Source: Eledone cirrhosa
Taxonomy: Eukaryota
Assembly: GCA_964016885.1 (NCBI GenBank)
Contig: OZ024742.1
Coordinates: 79,794,001-79,858,000, forward strand
Reading direction: 5' to 3'
Length of the DNA: 64,000 nucleotides
The notes below the pieces were generated by a model. The model made no database searches. It was not told where the DNA came from and saw only the letters and a program-made list of their open reading frames with translations. Shown in pieces: positions 42,532-57,232 of the stretch. Position 1 is the first letter of the stretch. Every line of letters starts with the position of its first letter. Made by a program: the position numbers and the translations under genes.

Positions 42532-44260
42532 AAATTGAAACAGTGAAGAATAACATGGTCAACAGTATAAACAAGGAAATTTATTTACAGTCTAACATTT
42601 GTTTCTATGATGGAGTTCTCTGACGAAATGATGGAAACGCTGTCAAAACTGAAAAACACCTGTGAATAACGGCTGAAAAAATAAATTCGGCTACGAAATA
42701 AATAAATTATTAAATTGATGAGGTTTATGATTACAGATATAGAAACTAGGTATATTATTTATTTAGGGTTTATATACTAAACAAATTCTATTAAAAGGTG
42801 TGAAAATGTATTATTAAAATAAAATAAAGTAAAATAAAATGATTTATAATCGTAGAAGACAATATAATGTCATAGTTTGTTTAAATAGAGTGTAATTGAA
42901 AAATGTGAGAAAAATGTGTGAAGAGATATTTATGTGAAAAAATATATATATTTGTAGAAGAAAATAAATAAGAGTAGTCAAACCATGTCAAAAATTAAAA
43001 TATTACTATTACAAATTATAGATAATATATAAAACAAATAGAGATTACATATAAACAAAATTATATATGTGGGAAAACTATTTAAATATTTAAATATTAA
43101 TTTAATCCACAAGTAAATAAAGGAAAATGTTAGTGAGAAAAAAGGATATAAAGAAACATTAAATATGAACTATTTAAATAATATTTTGTATCACCAAGTA
43201 GATAAAGGAATTTGCTAGAGTGATTTAAAGCGTAGAAGACAATATAACTGTCATAGTATGTTTAAAACTTTGTAGAATGTACTGCAATATGCGAGAAAGA
43301 AAGAGTGTAAAAAGATATTTGTGTAAAAAAAATATATATGTGTAAAAGATTTAAACCTTATTCGTGGAATAAGATATAGGGTATTAGCTGTATACTTTGT
43401 GAAATGACCCAAGAGATTTATGGATGCAGAGAGCAAGTAATTCGGTGCGTCTATTTATTATAGAGTTAATTCGAGATAATGGTACATTTTTCAGCTAGAC
43501 ATAAATTACAAGCCCTAGATATCGAAGCATTATGGAGGAACATTGCATATTTTACACCAAGAAATTTTGTAATTAATGTTTTTGTCTTTTAAGGATCAGA
43601 TGTGTTCTGAGAGTGCAGTGTTTGTTCTTTTAAGTGGATATTTAAATGAGAAAGAATGGTTATATAGTCTTGCCTTAAAAGAAGTAGAAGTAGAGCCAAT
43701 GTAGGTATAAGAATTGGTACTAGTTAGCACCTTACATTCATATACTAGATTTTTATTGAGACAGAAATTATTAAGAGGACATTTAGTTCTATTAGGGCAG
43801 TTGCATTTACGATTAAGATTATTAACAGAGTTATTTGCAAGTGGCCCAGGATTAATTATAATAGGAATTGTAGTGGTGGAATTAGATAAAGGAAGTGCTA
43901 ATGTTTCCTGATTTTGATTAAGTTACGTTTGACGTCGTATTTATATTTAAGTTATCTTGTCTAGAGTGTACATTGACGTCGGGCCTTATAGTGTTATTAT
44001 TGTGACGCTCAAGGTTGGATGCATATGAGTTATTATTTAATATTTTAGTATTATGTTTTGAGATAATGTTAGAAATGTTGGAAGTGGTGGAATATGAGAT
44101 GTTAATGGTATGCTTATTAAACATCTTACTATAAATATGTGAAGGAGGGAAGCAATTATCTAACGCCCTAAAAAATAATTTAGGGATATTACTAATAAGT
44201 GAAAGAGAGAATGGAGCGTTGTACCAAATGAAATTTTTATATCTAGGTCTACATTTCAGT
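42530..44260 (-). mobile_element. Penelope-like element 3' fragment (thumb, CxCx5C linker, GIY-YIG, AT-rich 3' region)
   Basis: ORF 43918-44292 (IWYNAPFS..FPPSH.Y.KMFNK.TI.ISYST). Downstream on - strand: CNCPNRTKCPL..CL, YTYIGSTSTSFKARLYNH. Confidence 0.85.
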
Positions 44261-44318
44261 GTCCGCGTTTCGTAAGATCCTGGTGACATCATCAGGTGTT
44301 AATTGCATAATAGTTATA

Positions 44319-44492
44319 TAATTGTTTCTACTTTTGGCACAAGGCCAGCAATTACCCAGAGCATTACTGGTACTTTATTTTATCGACCCCGTAAGGATGA
44401 AAGGCAAATTTAACCTCGGCGGAATTTGAACATAAAGGTCTGTAACTCTTTGCTGCAAAGCATAGCGTCCGACCCTCTACTGATACTGCCAA
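44319..44492 (-). mobile_element. SINE
   Basis: Same family core sequence. Confidence 0.88.
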
Positions 44493-45553
44493 AGGAATAA
44501 TGGTAAACACAATCCAAAAGGCTACAAAAAACCCCAGAGAAAATAGAGAAAAATGTTTTTGACACGAAGGCGATTAAGTTGTCACTTTGGCTGATGGCTT
44601 AGAGTGAGGATGCTCATCTATTTTGTCTTACCGGTTTTGTCAGGGGGTTCTATGATTAGTACGTCTACTACTACTACCCAGTTGGTTTGGTCAGGGGGTA
44701 GTATATCTAGTATGCGTACTACTACCACCCTGCCATTCACTGCTGTTTGGACACATGCTAGTGGTAAATGAGATCAGGTTACAGAAAAATATGTTCAGTT
44801 GGGGTCAGCCTAAAATTCTATACAAATATAGTGAAGGAAGGTGAATTTAGAACTAAAACCTAAAAAGTTTTAAGGTAAATTGTAAAATTAGGATTAAAGA
44901 TTAAAAATGTAAAATTTAAGTTTAAAATTTAAGATTTAAAGATTTAATTAAAGAATTAGGAGAAGAAAGCATTGATAGTCATCATAAAGATCACGTTCCA
45001 TCACTGTGTGTTTGTGATGTAGAGAAATGATTGTGGCTTGTCTTTCGTTAGCTACTGAGATAATGGCTTCACAGTCATCGCAAGTTCATAAACCCACGAA
45101 CATTTCCGAGTAAAATCTCATATCGAAAATAGGGAAATGTTTAATATTTCCAAGCACTCCAGGAAACGCCCACAGACTCATGCCGTACGTGACCAGAAGA
45201 GTCGGAATAGTAGGCCGGTGACGCAAAGTATGCCAGACAGTTAGTTATAAATACAAGTTTTGTTAATGATTCTAAAGGTAGAGTTGTGTAAAGCTGAAAC
45301 ATAAAAAACAAATTAAAACTAAATTAAACTAGATTAGACCACTGTGGGTTCTATGCATTGATCGATATTATATTCATAGGGGCTGTGAAATACTTCTGAA
45401 CTACATTATATAATAATTAACTCTGTTCTTGAACCACCAACAAAATTTAACAACACAGATGAATGAGTTGCATCACGTCGAGTGTCTTTTCTAATACTTC
45501 ATCATGGTTGGGTATACGAATTGACCAGTTCTATCCAGTGGTGAACTACCAAA

Positions 45554-45627
<74 letters not shown>

Positions 45628-45957
45628 ATGATATTAAATAAATGGAAACTATATTTATAAAACCATATTTATTTTATTATATATATTTCAAGGGTACCAA
45701 GACAGCATTGGTACGCTTTCATCAGATAAAATACAAAGTTTGTTTTATAAATAGAGACATACCCATGAAAATCATACCTTATCGGTTGGAAATTCACTGG
45801 ATAGTGGAAATATATTATGGATTTTTCAAACTTATGTGTGAATATGAAAATGAATATGTAAATAACGTTAATTTGGGGGAAATATATTCAAAGTATATAT
45901 ATTAATAGTACGTGTTTAAAATTTGTTTATATTATGATATTTTCTGTTATAAGTAGA

Positions 45958-45992
<35 letters not shown>

Positions 45993-46442
45993 ATGAATAA
46001 ATAAATAGATGGGTATATCATGTTATAGATAATTGTTATTTTAGAATAGCTGATTTTCTTTATATACGAATTACTTGAAAAAGTAAGTCAACATAAAGAA
46101 CCTTACTTCATCTTATCCGAAAATTGTGGTTTATATAAAAAAAAGTGTAGGACACTTACAACAATATCGATTCTTATTTTCGATCTATTTACCACATTGG
46201 GGCAAAGCATCATCTCATTAACTACAGGTTCTCTGACATTTCATCGACATCCTCACCTTGTGTAGCCATGCATATTTAAGAGGCTCTTTGGCTGTCTGTA
46301 TGCATGCATCGATGTATTTATGTGTTTTGTCTGTATGTATGAATGCAAATTTGTTGGTGTGTATATATATATTTATATATAAACATATATATATATATAT
46401 ATGTAAGCATATATATATATATATATATCTACCCACACACAG

Positions 46443-46599
<157 letters not shown>

Positions 46600-46845
46600 G
46601 CTATGTATGAATGTTGATTATTACTCTTATTCTTTGTTAGAAAGATTTAATGTCTTCAGGAATTAAAAAAAAAAGACATAGAGCACTATTTTTGGAATTT
46701 AGAACTCAAAATCTATAAAGAATTTCATGGTAAATTTAAGCAGTCTCGTATATTTTAACGGTTGTATTTGTCTAAACATGCAGAAAATGCGATATTTGTT
46801 TTAAGCTGAGAATATTGAAGATCGTTATTTAAATGTGCCGTTAAA

Positions 46846-47040
46846 AGGGCGGTGGATTAGTAGTATCGGCAGAGGGTCGGACACCAGGCTTTGTGATCTG
46901 AGTTCAAATCCCGCCGAGGTTAACTTTGCCTTTCACCCCTACGGGGTCGATAAAATAAAGTACCAGTCACGCATTGGGGTCGATTTAATCGACTTTCCGC
47001 TCCCCCCAAATTGCTAGCCTTGTGCCTATTTAAGAAACCA
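46846..47040 (+). mobile_element. SINE with 15-bp TSD
   Basis: SINE core. ttatttaaatgtgcc occurs at 46825-46839 and 47041-47055. Confidence 0.9.
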
Positions 47041-47772
47041 TTATTTAAATGTGCCATATCCAAGCACAGTAAGTATTAAAGGTAAAACGGAGTGGGTACA
47101 GTCTATGTCGGATTATTAATATCTTATGTATGGGGGTGAATTATCTGTTTTCCGAGATGTATGTAGGAAGCCCGGCCATTTAAACATGGTTGGTGCCAAG
47201 ACACCACCAGAATTCAGTATTGAAATTTATATTTAATATCGTTAAAAGACTTCTCTCTAAATCTTTAATTTCTTGTTGATATCCAAGAAATATTCACATC
47301 CATTGATAAGTTGACCTACACATCAGTATAATATATGATTAGTCTGTCATTTAGTTGTCATTAGTTTGTAATTCCGATTACATGTTAAATGGTGAAATGA
47401 GTTCAAATCTATGTCCATCAACAGTTATGGTGTTGTTATATCTAGCTGTGACGTTGTAACGCTCAAGACGTGAAGCAGAACCACACACACATACACTCCC
47501 TCTTACACACACACACACATACACATCACACACGCACACACGCACATACACACGCACACATACACACACACACTCTCTCTCCCTCTCACACATACATATA
47601 TTCTAAATACATCACAGCCATACATAGACAAGGGTATCTATGTTTATGTATATTTGTATATATATATATACATAGACAAGGGTATGTATGTTTATGTATA
47701 TTTGTATATATATATATATATATATATATATACCAACATAGACACACCAACTCGCAATCACACACATATATT

Positions 47773-48218
47773 ACTAGACCTGAAAAATGTGCAAGCTCAA
47801 AAGAGCCACAGAATGTTATAATAAACCTTCAAAAGTGTGGGACTAGAGATGTTGCTCAAAAATATTGTAATCATTATCTATCGTACACACTGTGACATCC
47901 TTTTATAAAAAAGACACTCATAACAAACTCAAGACGACACGATAATTATTTAAGCTAATGTTCAATATCTCATATTAGATGTTTAGTAATGATTAATACG
48001 AAATGCACTTAAACCGAATTCTATATTATAAATTCACTTAAATAATTATCGTGTCGTCTTGAATTCGTTATGAGTCTCTTTTTTATAAAAGGATGCAACA
48101 GTGTGTACGATAGATAATGATTACAATATTTTTGAGCAACAACTCTAGCCCCACACTTTTGAAGATTTATTATAACATTCTGTGGCTCTTTTGAGCTTGC
48201 GCATTCTTCAGGTCTAGT
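47773..48218. repeat. Palindromic MITE-like element, ~180-bp arms
   Basis: actagacctga...gataattatttaag (47773-47954) is the reverse complement of cttaaataattatc...caggtctagt (48037-48218). Confidence 0.85.
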
Positions 48219-48903
48219 TTAATATTTTTTTAAGGCAACGCTTGTAATAACTCTAGTTAAACATGATATATATTAATAATAAATTATCGTTGTAATGTAA
48301 TTAGATTATATAATTGTTATTTTATAAATGATCTTATAAATATTATTGTAAGATGTATGAAAATATTTTCAGACTTTTAATAACTACAAAAAACAATCAA
48401 TATTAAATAAAAATATTTTACATAACAATTGTTATGGTTGAATTAATAAAAATTAAATAATCTAACATAAAACGAACAATAATATGAACATATACAAGTA
48501 AATATGATACAACCAATATTCTAAGCATGTTATAACGAACTGAAAAAAAATAGTTAATATAAATTTAAAAAATCATATATAAACTAACAATATAACTTAC
48601 CAAAACGAGAAAAATATTTTGATGACAAAACGACAAAATACAGGAGAGAGATTCGAAAGCGAAACGATAAATAAACGTGCAAACAAAACGTTTTTGAGCA
48701 ACAATTACTCTCGATGGTTGATTAGCCAATAAGACTATAACATTAGCCAATATGACGATACATTACAAAACACGTTTGGAAGGAATCGCCACGGCCAGCG
48801 ATACCCCTTGAATCTTTTATTCACAAGCTACACATATATTGTCAGACAAAATGCAGACTTAAAACATTCTGTTGTTAGTCACTGCGTGTCTATCAGATCT
48901 CTT

Positions 48904-49010
<107 letters not shown>

Positions 49011-50375
49011 CAAATATACATAGACACACTTGTTTGTAAGTATTTGTGTATTTATATGCGGTCTATATAGCATGTGTCATGATTTGTTTTTATTGTCATT
49101 AAATGGGATGTCTCCGTCACGTTTCATCGCATTCCCTTCAATATTTGATGTTTTTTTGTTCTACTACGGGGATTTTCTCTTTGTACGCAGTAAAGCAGTA
49201 AATAGTATTTCCCGGAAAAATAAATTTAAGCGATTTTATAGAATTTTCATCACCAAAAAAATATGTTATTCTAAAAGTCCCACTAAACTGTAGTGCTTCG
49301 TTTCATAATATTTTATTACAACTTGTTTTTTACCCTTAACGAAAACGTTAATTATTTCTGTACAGCTTACAAACACATTTCGATTACTTAGTGAACTTTT
49401 TATTTCTTCGATTCGATATTTTTTCCTGATTTTATGTACGCATTTTCATAGCACTTCTTCCTTTCTCCATTTAAGATTTTCGTAATTTCATTTTATATGT
49501 CAAGTATTATTTCTATAACATCATAAATACTTTCACTGTACATTTTCAGACAAGCTATTTTATCACTTTGTTTATGGTGATTTTAGTGTCAATATCTTTA
49601 GTTAGTATTTGGACTGCTGTTCATATTTGGTATTTTATATCCGATTCGCTTGATATAATTCGATTTCATTTCGCTACAAAATATATCCTTTAGCGCCTCA
49701 TTAAATCTGCTACGATATATTTATTTCTTTTTATTTTCTTATTTTATTTTAGTCTGATGTTAAATACTGCATATCTCTCAAATTCCATAATTTGATATTT
49801 TCAAAAGCATTTTATTATTATCTGCAACCCACTTTATTTCCTATCCAACATGTTCAGTTGACAACTTATATAAGAATATGTTCTTATATTTGTTTACTGA
49901 TGCAAATTCGGAATTTTATATCATTTTATTATAAGAGCAGACCTAACAATGCGGTTAAGAATTCCTATTCGCTATGACAATGTTCCAGATTCCATTTCAC
50001 TTTGTATAAGAACTTGCTCATATTGTCTCTAAGCTGCTTATTTATGACTTTGAGTGAACTGTGGTTGATGGAAATTTTGCGGGCCACACACACACACACA
50101 AACATACGCACACACTCACATAGGCACACAGACAGACAGACGCTCCACAGAGGCATGCACGTATTTGAAAACTTAGTCACCAAAGTAGCTTTCTTAATAG
50201 TTGAATAAACGGGGTTACCTACATTTGGGGAAGGAAAACGTCTACAGAGAGGTCGTTTTCATTTTCTGTATGCAGTGTTTATTTTCCCGATGTATTCAAA
50301 CATTATTATAGTTATCTCTATTGTGGCGACTTAATTTTAATAATTCCCCAATGCTTTGTAATTTAAGAAAAATTG

Positions 50376-50517
<142 letters not shown>

Positions 50518-50579
50518 CACATATATACATATATATGTCAAGTGAGAACATGTTTATTCACACAAATACACAATGATAT

Positions 50580-50908
50580 TATTTGTTTCTACTTCTGGCA
50601 CAAAGCCAGAAAATATCCCAGTGCATAACTGGTACTTTATTTTATCGACCCCGTAACGATGAAAGGCAAAGTTAACCTTGGAGGGATTTGAACTCAGAAC
50701 GTAAAGGGACATAATTCTATGTTGTAAAGTATGGCGTCCGATCCCCTACCGATACTGCCAATCTATGGTAATAATTGTTTCTAATTTAGGCACAAGGCCA
50801 GCAATTATCCAGTGCATTACTGGTACTTTATTTTATCGACCCCGTAAGGATGAAAGGCAGAGTCAACCTCGGTGGGATTTGAACTCAGATCGTAAAGGGA
50901 CGTAACTA
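50580..50908 (-). mobile_element. Two tandem SINE copies
   Basis: SINE core twice. tatggtaataat recurs at the junctions. Confidence 0.88.
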
Positions 50909-52449
50909 TGGTAATAATATTAGTAAGAGGTATCTCCCCTTATAACACACGAACTGTTGACTTCCTTCTCTGAGGAGGAACGAAAAAGTTCGTACCAAAT
51001 AAAGTAAGCCAACGATTGAACCATTTCAAAGAATAAACGAAGGTTCTTCATAGAAACGATGTGGATATTTTGTATCTTACGACATTTTGCAAATTTTGCT
51101 ACAATATTTTTTCTATATTAACATTTGAATAACAGATTGCAGACTTTCTCATAAAATTATTGTTATAGCAATAACTTTTCTGTGTGTAACTATTTTAATT
51201 AAAAATATCAATAGTCAGATGCTTTGCCGATAGTCCTGCGTGCATTATATTATATCACATATAGCGGATCTATGATCGCATTATTCAACGTATTCGGGCT
51301 TTATCAAGATATTAGTTTGCTGAAACATCGGCTGTCATTAGCAGGATGTGAACGCTAGATTATAGAATTGTCAGAAAGTTGTACATAATGCTTTGCAATA
51401 ATTTTCAGTCTCTTTACACCCTGAAGTCAAATCTTACCGATATTCAAATTGCTTACCTCTCTTCCAATAATGGATGATAGGTTTGTGTTGTCACTGCAGT
51501 GGCCTGGCGTTTGGGCATCTCAGTGACTAAGGACTACATTCCAAATTAATGAGTATCTTGCCAACACAGATTGACCACCTTATTAACAAGACCTAAGCCA
51601 TTGTCTGCCAGCGACAAAAATTGCCCACTAACACAAAACCAATTTCACCACTCAAAGAAATTTCTACCACTTCATTAAACATTTTTTTTAAAACAGGCCC
51701 AGAATTCCATATCAGACTGATTGTCTCCAGCATAAAGAAATTCTTTATAAAATTACATAGATCCTCTACTGGATCCTCAGATATATATTTCCTACCAGGA
51801 GCTCCAGTCGGGCTATCCAGTGACACAATCAGCTACGGCAGAGCAAATCAAACATAAAATATGCGCCTTCAGTCTCGACGATACATCCCTCGGATCCACA
51901 TTGCCCATTTCTTTCAGCTGTAAAACAGGTAACCGACTGCATCGTAACTGCTTACCTCTACTGGTTCGGCCTAATTGCGCCTGAAATCTATCAACTTCTA
52001 TCCATTATCATCATTATACGTAGCTTCCCGCAACTACAAATATAAACGGGGCAGCCGCTATGTTGAAGGCATCCAGTCTCCCTAGATTGACGCCCCTCAC
52101 TTATAGGGACCAGTTGGAGCGTCGAGCCCTCGGCTCCTGCAGGACGGATGCTTTCTTCACCAGATGAAAGGTTCGTCTTCACATTAACCGCGAGGAATCC
52201 AAAACATATTTGGAACCCTTTTGAACATGATTGATAACATACGGTCCAGCGTGTTCCTCCACGATGACACGAAATTCCTGCCTCTGCTCGATATTCAACA
52301 AAAATGAGAGAGGTTGATATCATGCACACGAAGATTTGTACACATAACAGCTGCAGAGGCCTGTTTGTACACTACATATCAGCCCCTCCCATCAGTACTT
52401 AGACTGAATGCGTGCTGAGTGGGTTTACACGTGTCCAGAGTGAATACAG

Positions 52450-53010
52450 CAAGGCAGAGAATGGGGCCATACATACCATACGTTTCTTAATGGCACTAGA
52501 CGCCAAAGGATATTCTCTTCAAAGTCTTAAGCTCAGAAAATGTAAAACATCTTCTAAATCCTGTTTGCAGAGTTTGCTACAGTTCAATGGAATTATATAT
52601 ATTTTATTTTGAGAGCAGACCACGGGACCACCCATAAAGCCATTCGCAGGGAGGTAATACATATATACAGATCCCACTCAGGCTCAAAACCACAAAATGC
52701 TTATGAAAAAAAGAAACGGCTTGAAGACAACAAAAATCAATCGGAGTTGACGAGTGATGCCACACACCAAACTATAGTCATGTGTGTTATACCGTATCTC
52801 ATATATCAAATGCGTCAACATTTACGGTAACAGCAAGGTCAGACTATTACACATCCCTGTAAAAAAGAACCACATCAAACATGGATCCTCTTCAGGGAAA
52901 CCATAAATAACTGCCAGAACACAAACGGGAATTGGAATACCGGTAATCTCAGAATCGAAGAGTCTACTCTAATAGCTAAATCAAAATATCAAGTCAACTG
53001 AGCAGAAATC
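52450..53010 (+). pseudogene. Possible highly decayed PLE GIY-YIG remnant
   Basis: Hand translation gives VLYRISYIKCVNIYG and LRIEESTLIAK...VN, which resemble the GIY-YIG N- and C-terminal motifs. No intact ORF. Confidence 0.35.
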
Positions 53011-53284
53011 TATACCTAATGGCGAACATCGACATACCGTCTATCCCATTTCATTCCAATTAAAAAGAAAAACTATAACTGAGAACAGAGCACAACTTAG
53101 ACCATATAACCACATGTTCCACTTACAACTTCCAACGTTGGAAAAGAACCAATCACCGAATATTTAATTTGTTCTCCAGATACTCTTTTCTGTTCCTAAA
53201 CTATTCATTGTTAAATCTTGTATCGAATCAAATAAAACATATTCAGAATAACACGTAGAAGTAGTAGATATATATAAGGTATTA

Positions 53285-54040
53285 CGAGGTCGATAAAATA
53301 AAGTACCAGTAATGTACTGTGTAATTGCTGGCCTTGTGCCTAAAGTAGAAACACTTATTATTATTATTGAGGTGAGGGCAGCGGACTAGTAGTATCAGTA
53401 GGGAGTCGGACGACATGCTTTGCAAGCATAGAATTACAGCCCTTTACGATCTGAGTTCAAATCCCGCCGAGGTTAATTTGCCTTTCATCCTTACGAGGTC
53501 GATAAAATAAAGTACCAGTCACGCACTGGGGTCGATTTAATTGACTTTCCCCTCCCGTCAGAATTGCTGGCCTTGTACCTATATAAGAAACCATTATTAT
53601 TATTGGGGTGAGGGCGATTGGCAGTATCGGTAGAAGGTCGGAAGCCATTCTTTGCAGCACAGAGTTACGCCCCTTTATGGTTTGAGTTCAAATCCCACCG
53701 AGGTACACTTTGCCTTTCCTCCTTACGGGGTCGATCAAATAAAGTACCGTACAAGTAATGTACTGTGATGATTGCTGGCCTTGTGCCAAAAGTAGAAACA
53801 ATTATTGTTGGGGTGAGGGCAGCGGATTGGTAGTATCACTAAGGCATCGGACAACATGCTTTGCAGCATAGAGTTACGGCTCTTTATGATCTGATTTCGT
53901 ATCCTGCCGTGGTTAACTTTGCCTCTCATCCTTACGAGGTCGATAAAATAAAGTACTAGTCACGTACTGGGTCGATTAAATCGACTTTCCTCTTCCAAAA
54001 AATTGGTGGGCTTGTACCTATATAAGAAACCATTATTATG
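53285..54040 (+). mobile_element. Head-to-tail SINE array (one partial + three longer copies)
   Basis: The gtcgat(a/c)aaataaagtac core recurs at ~53290, 53498, 53730 and 53939, separated by (tta)n tails. Confidence 0.9.
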
Positions 54041-54719
54041 GTTGGGGTGGTTGTTTGCGCTCAAGTCTTCCACAGTTAGTGTGACCTTCTCACTCATTAA
54101 TTTATTTGTTTCTGTCTTTAGACTACCACTACGTCGAAAAGAGGGTCCCGAAGAGTTTAGATTCTGTATACCAATTTCCACTCACAAACTATTAGTCAAG
54201 CGAAGGCTGTGGTAGAAGATATATGCCCAAGTTGCCATGCAGAGGGATAAAACCCGAACGAAAACCTATATTTAGTGAGCTAACTACATAACCGCACACA
54301 CATTTCTGCGTCTGTAATCGATGGTATTTTGGCCATAACCACGTTGTCTAGTCAGTGATTTATCGGAAATAAAAAAGACATGCTAAATTACTCACAAATA
54401 CTGAAAACCCAATATTATGCATGGAAGTGTGGTATTTTAATAAATGTAATTATCGTTTAAGGCTGGGCCATTTATGAAGGAATAGAAGAAATTGTTCCAA
54501 TCATTGGTGTCATAATATACCGTTGATATTGTTTCCTACGAATATATCTACTGTCGTAGATTTAAAGGTTTAACGTGTTATTTGAAGGAAATTTGTCTGC
54601 TCTTTCTAACATTTCATACAAATCGAATAGGCCCTTTCAATAGCTTTAAATTAATTAATTGCTAATATAGCTGAACTATCTACCAGTCACGGCTAATATG
54701 ACTTATTTTATGCAAATAG

Positions 54720-55200
54720 AGATCTTCTTCGGTCAATTATTCTGAAGAGAGTTATGCGGGAAGAGATGTCAAACACGCTTTCCAGCGGCTCCTCTTAGAA
54801 GCAGTTGTCTTCACTTTATACGGCTGGATCTCTAAGCCAGACCAGTTGACGTCTGCCTCTGGGTCACCTGAGGGTTGGGTTTTCCCGGAAAATCTGTCCA
54901 GCGATTCTTTCCCGAGACACTCTAACTACATGTACATAGTATCCGAGCAGTGATCTCTCAATTCGTAAAAGTAGGGGCTCTACCTGGTACGATTCTCTGG
55001 TCTCAGAGATATGCAGTCTATCGAATAACGTTACTTCAAAGACCCTTCGGAAGAACCCCATTTCGGCCGCTTGTATTGGCGATAGATTTCTTTCCGTCAT
55101 TGTCCAAGATCCATGGCAATATGTAAGGGGTGGCACGAACACCGAATTGAAGAAAGCGAGTTTGGCTTTTTCCCCTACCTACCTTTATCTGATAACCGAA
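54720..55200 (-). mobile_element. RTE-like LINE 3' fragment
   Basis: ORF 54864-55142 (P.LTYCHGSWTMT..IQAAEMGFFRRV..IERSLL.YY.HVVR), same family as 15250-15915. Confidence 0.78.
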
Positions 55201-55511
55201 TTCTGAAGCTGGCGCATAGCTACACCAGTTCATACCATTCGTAGAGATGTACGTGATAAATATATATAACATAGTTACAGAAAATATATAGGGTACATCC
55301 GATGAGTAAGATGTGATTAATAAAAGAAAAACTACTATCATTAGAAAGATTGAGGGCCAAGGGGATGCATGTGATGGGTCATCAATGTGATGTAGGCAGT
55401 AAATATGATACTGAAAATGCATATATTTTGATAATTAGAGATGGAACGGAAGAACAATAAAGAGTTGTAGGGAGAAAAATGTGAAAATCATGTATAATTA
55501 CCAAAATATAT

Positions 55512-55556
<45 letters not shown>

Positions 55557-55570
55557 TGTATGTAAATATA

Positions 55571-55634
<64 letters not shown>

Positions 55635-55663
55635 TACATATGTATATATGTGTGTATATATAC

Positions 55664-55726
<63 letters not shown>

Positions 55727-56163
55727 CGGGAGAGATGACCCCTTAGCCTAGTTCATTTACTTATTTACTTATTTACTTATTTCTTTATTTCTTTCTTTAC
55801 TTCTTTCTTTCTTTCTTTATTTATTTATCTGCCAAACAATAGCTAGAGACTTAGGTCGTAGAACTTGCTTTACTTTTTTCTTTACACTTATTCGCTTTTC
55901 TTCACTCTCAGTATTTTTTCTTTCATATATACTTTTAACCCTCATTGTTCTACCTACCGTTCCGACCTCCCCCCCTCCCCCTCCCCATTATCTTCTTTGA
56001 CCTCATGCCCAGCTGTAGCTGGCACTACCAACGCTTGATTGGGTCTACTCCACCCCCTCCCCTCTTTCTCCTACTGGCAGGTTTAGCCACCATCTCCCCT
56101 ACTAATTTGCAATCACAGAATTACTACTGACTTTTGACAATCGCTTTGACCATATATGGAATT

Positions 56164-56257
56164 ACCCCTTGAGAAGATCGGCTATTTAAATACCAGGATA
56201 AATTTTCATTTAGTCCAGAATTAGCCGTCGAAACGGCTTGAGCTCAGCCGTCGGGGT
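56164..56257 (+). ncRNA. Full type I hammerhead ribozyme with compensatory U3-A8 core
   Basis: acccc-TTGAGAA(56169)-gatcggcta...tagccgtc-GAAA(56230)-cggct-tgagctc-agcc-GUC-ggggt. All three stems pair. Confidence 0.8.
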
Positions 56258-56399
56258 CTTACCGGTTCCTATTACCCACTCTACTACCCCAAGTATTGAG
56301 TACTTTGGTGCGTTATGGTCCACCTAGTTCCTTACCACATTTCCTTCGTTATATATATATATATATGGCCATCCAAAATCACCGGCAGAGATGACCCCT

Positions 56400-56795
56400 T
56401 AGCCTTTGTCAAGGCAGAATTCTAGGAGAAGGAAAACTCTGATATAACACCTGCAACCCTCATGGTATCCAATGATGTTGACTTGTTCTTCTTTTTGGTA
56501 AATATCATCTTGGTTAAGAGAGTGCGACTGGCTTTGTGCAGTGCCTTTGTTCACTATAAAAGCTTCACGGCACACAGGCATTGCTTTATATCTGGAGATC
56601 TCTCTGCACTTGTCGTCACATCGTACCATGGGCCCAGCACTATGTGTCAGTAATTGTCACAAGTGTAGTGTTTGTACCAGAGTTTTCAAGTCGCTAGCTG
56701 GACTAAAATGTCACACACGTTCAGCGCATTCGTAGGGGTTCTCCTACATGGATATAAAGTAGTGGCCGTACTCGAAAACGAGTTGGCAGCCACCA
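56400..56795 (+). mobile_element. Probable LINE (RTE-type) 3' end with C2H2 finger
   Basis: CSVCTRVFKSLAGLKCHTRSAH followed by a short tail. No upstream domains, so the assignment is inference. Confidence 0.45.
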
Positions 56796-57020
56796 TATAT
56801 ATATAAAATACCCGACATGTCTTTGTATTGTCCCCTTTTTTGTGCGCCCTTGAGGCAAATAAAGAAATCTATCTATCTATCAAACAATCTATCTATCTAT
56901 CTATCTATTTTTCAACCTAGATATCTACCTATATACGTATATATATATAAATAAATATATATATATATGTGTGTGTGTATTTATGTATAAATGAATGTAT
57001 GTATATATATATATATATGT

Positions 57021-57096
<76 letters not shown>

Positions 57097-57232
57097 GTGA
57101 GGGTTTTTTTTTTACAAAATGAAAAATAACCGAGGTGTCCTACACGAGTGGAAGTATAAAGAAAAAGGGATGAAATCGAAAATGCAACTGAAGTCTTATT
57201 TTTTGTTAAACTCACCTTTTTTTCTCAACTCA

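Noticed and set aside
42590-42660. GAAAC-aaat-GUU followed by AATAAA on the minus strand at the PLE 3' end
   Set aside because: It is in the expected pLTR position, but I could not find a matching CUGANGA, so it is not called as an HHR.
44262-44298. Minus-strand CTGATGA..GAAACGCG hammerhead-like motif at the 5' junction of the PLE fragment
   Set aside because: No NUH triplet (GGA) and stem I does not pair. At best a dead remnant.
51400-52400. Moderately GC-rich stretch with short ORFs
   Set aside because: Probably an old TE remnant, but no motif could be assigned.
53285-54040. Regularly spaced repeats resembling a CRISPR array or tRNA genes
   Set aside because: The units are ~200-bp SINEs without unique spacers or a cloverleaf; eukaryotic context with no cas genes.
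55731-56405. 19-bp direct repeat (agagatgaccccttagcct) around the 56164 HHR unit, considered as a TSD
   Set aside because: The second copy is offset from the unit's end by (TA)n and ~20 bp, so the geometry does not fit a clean TSD.
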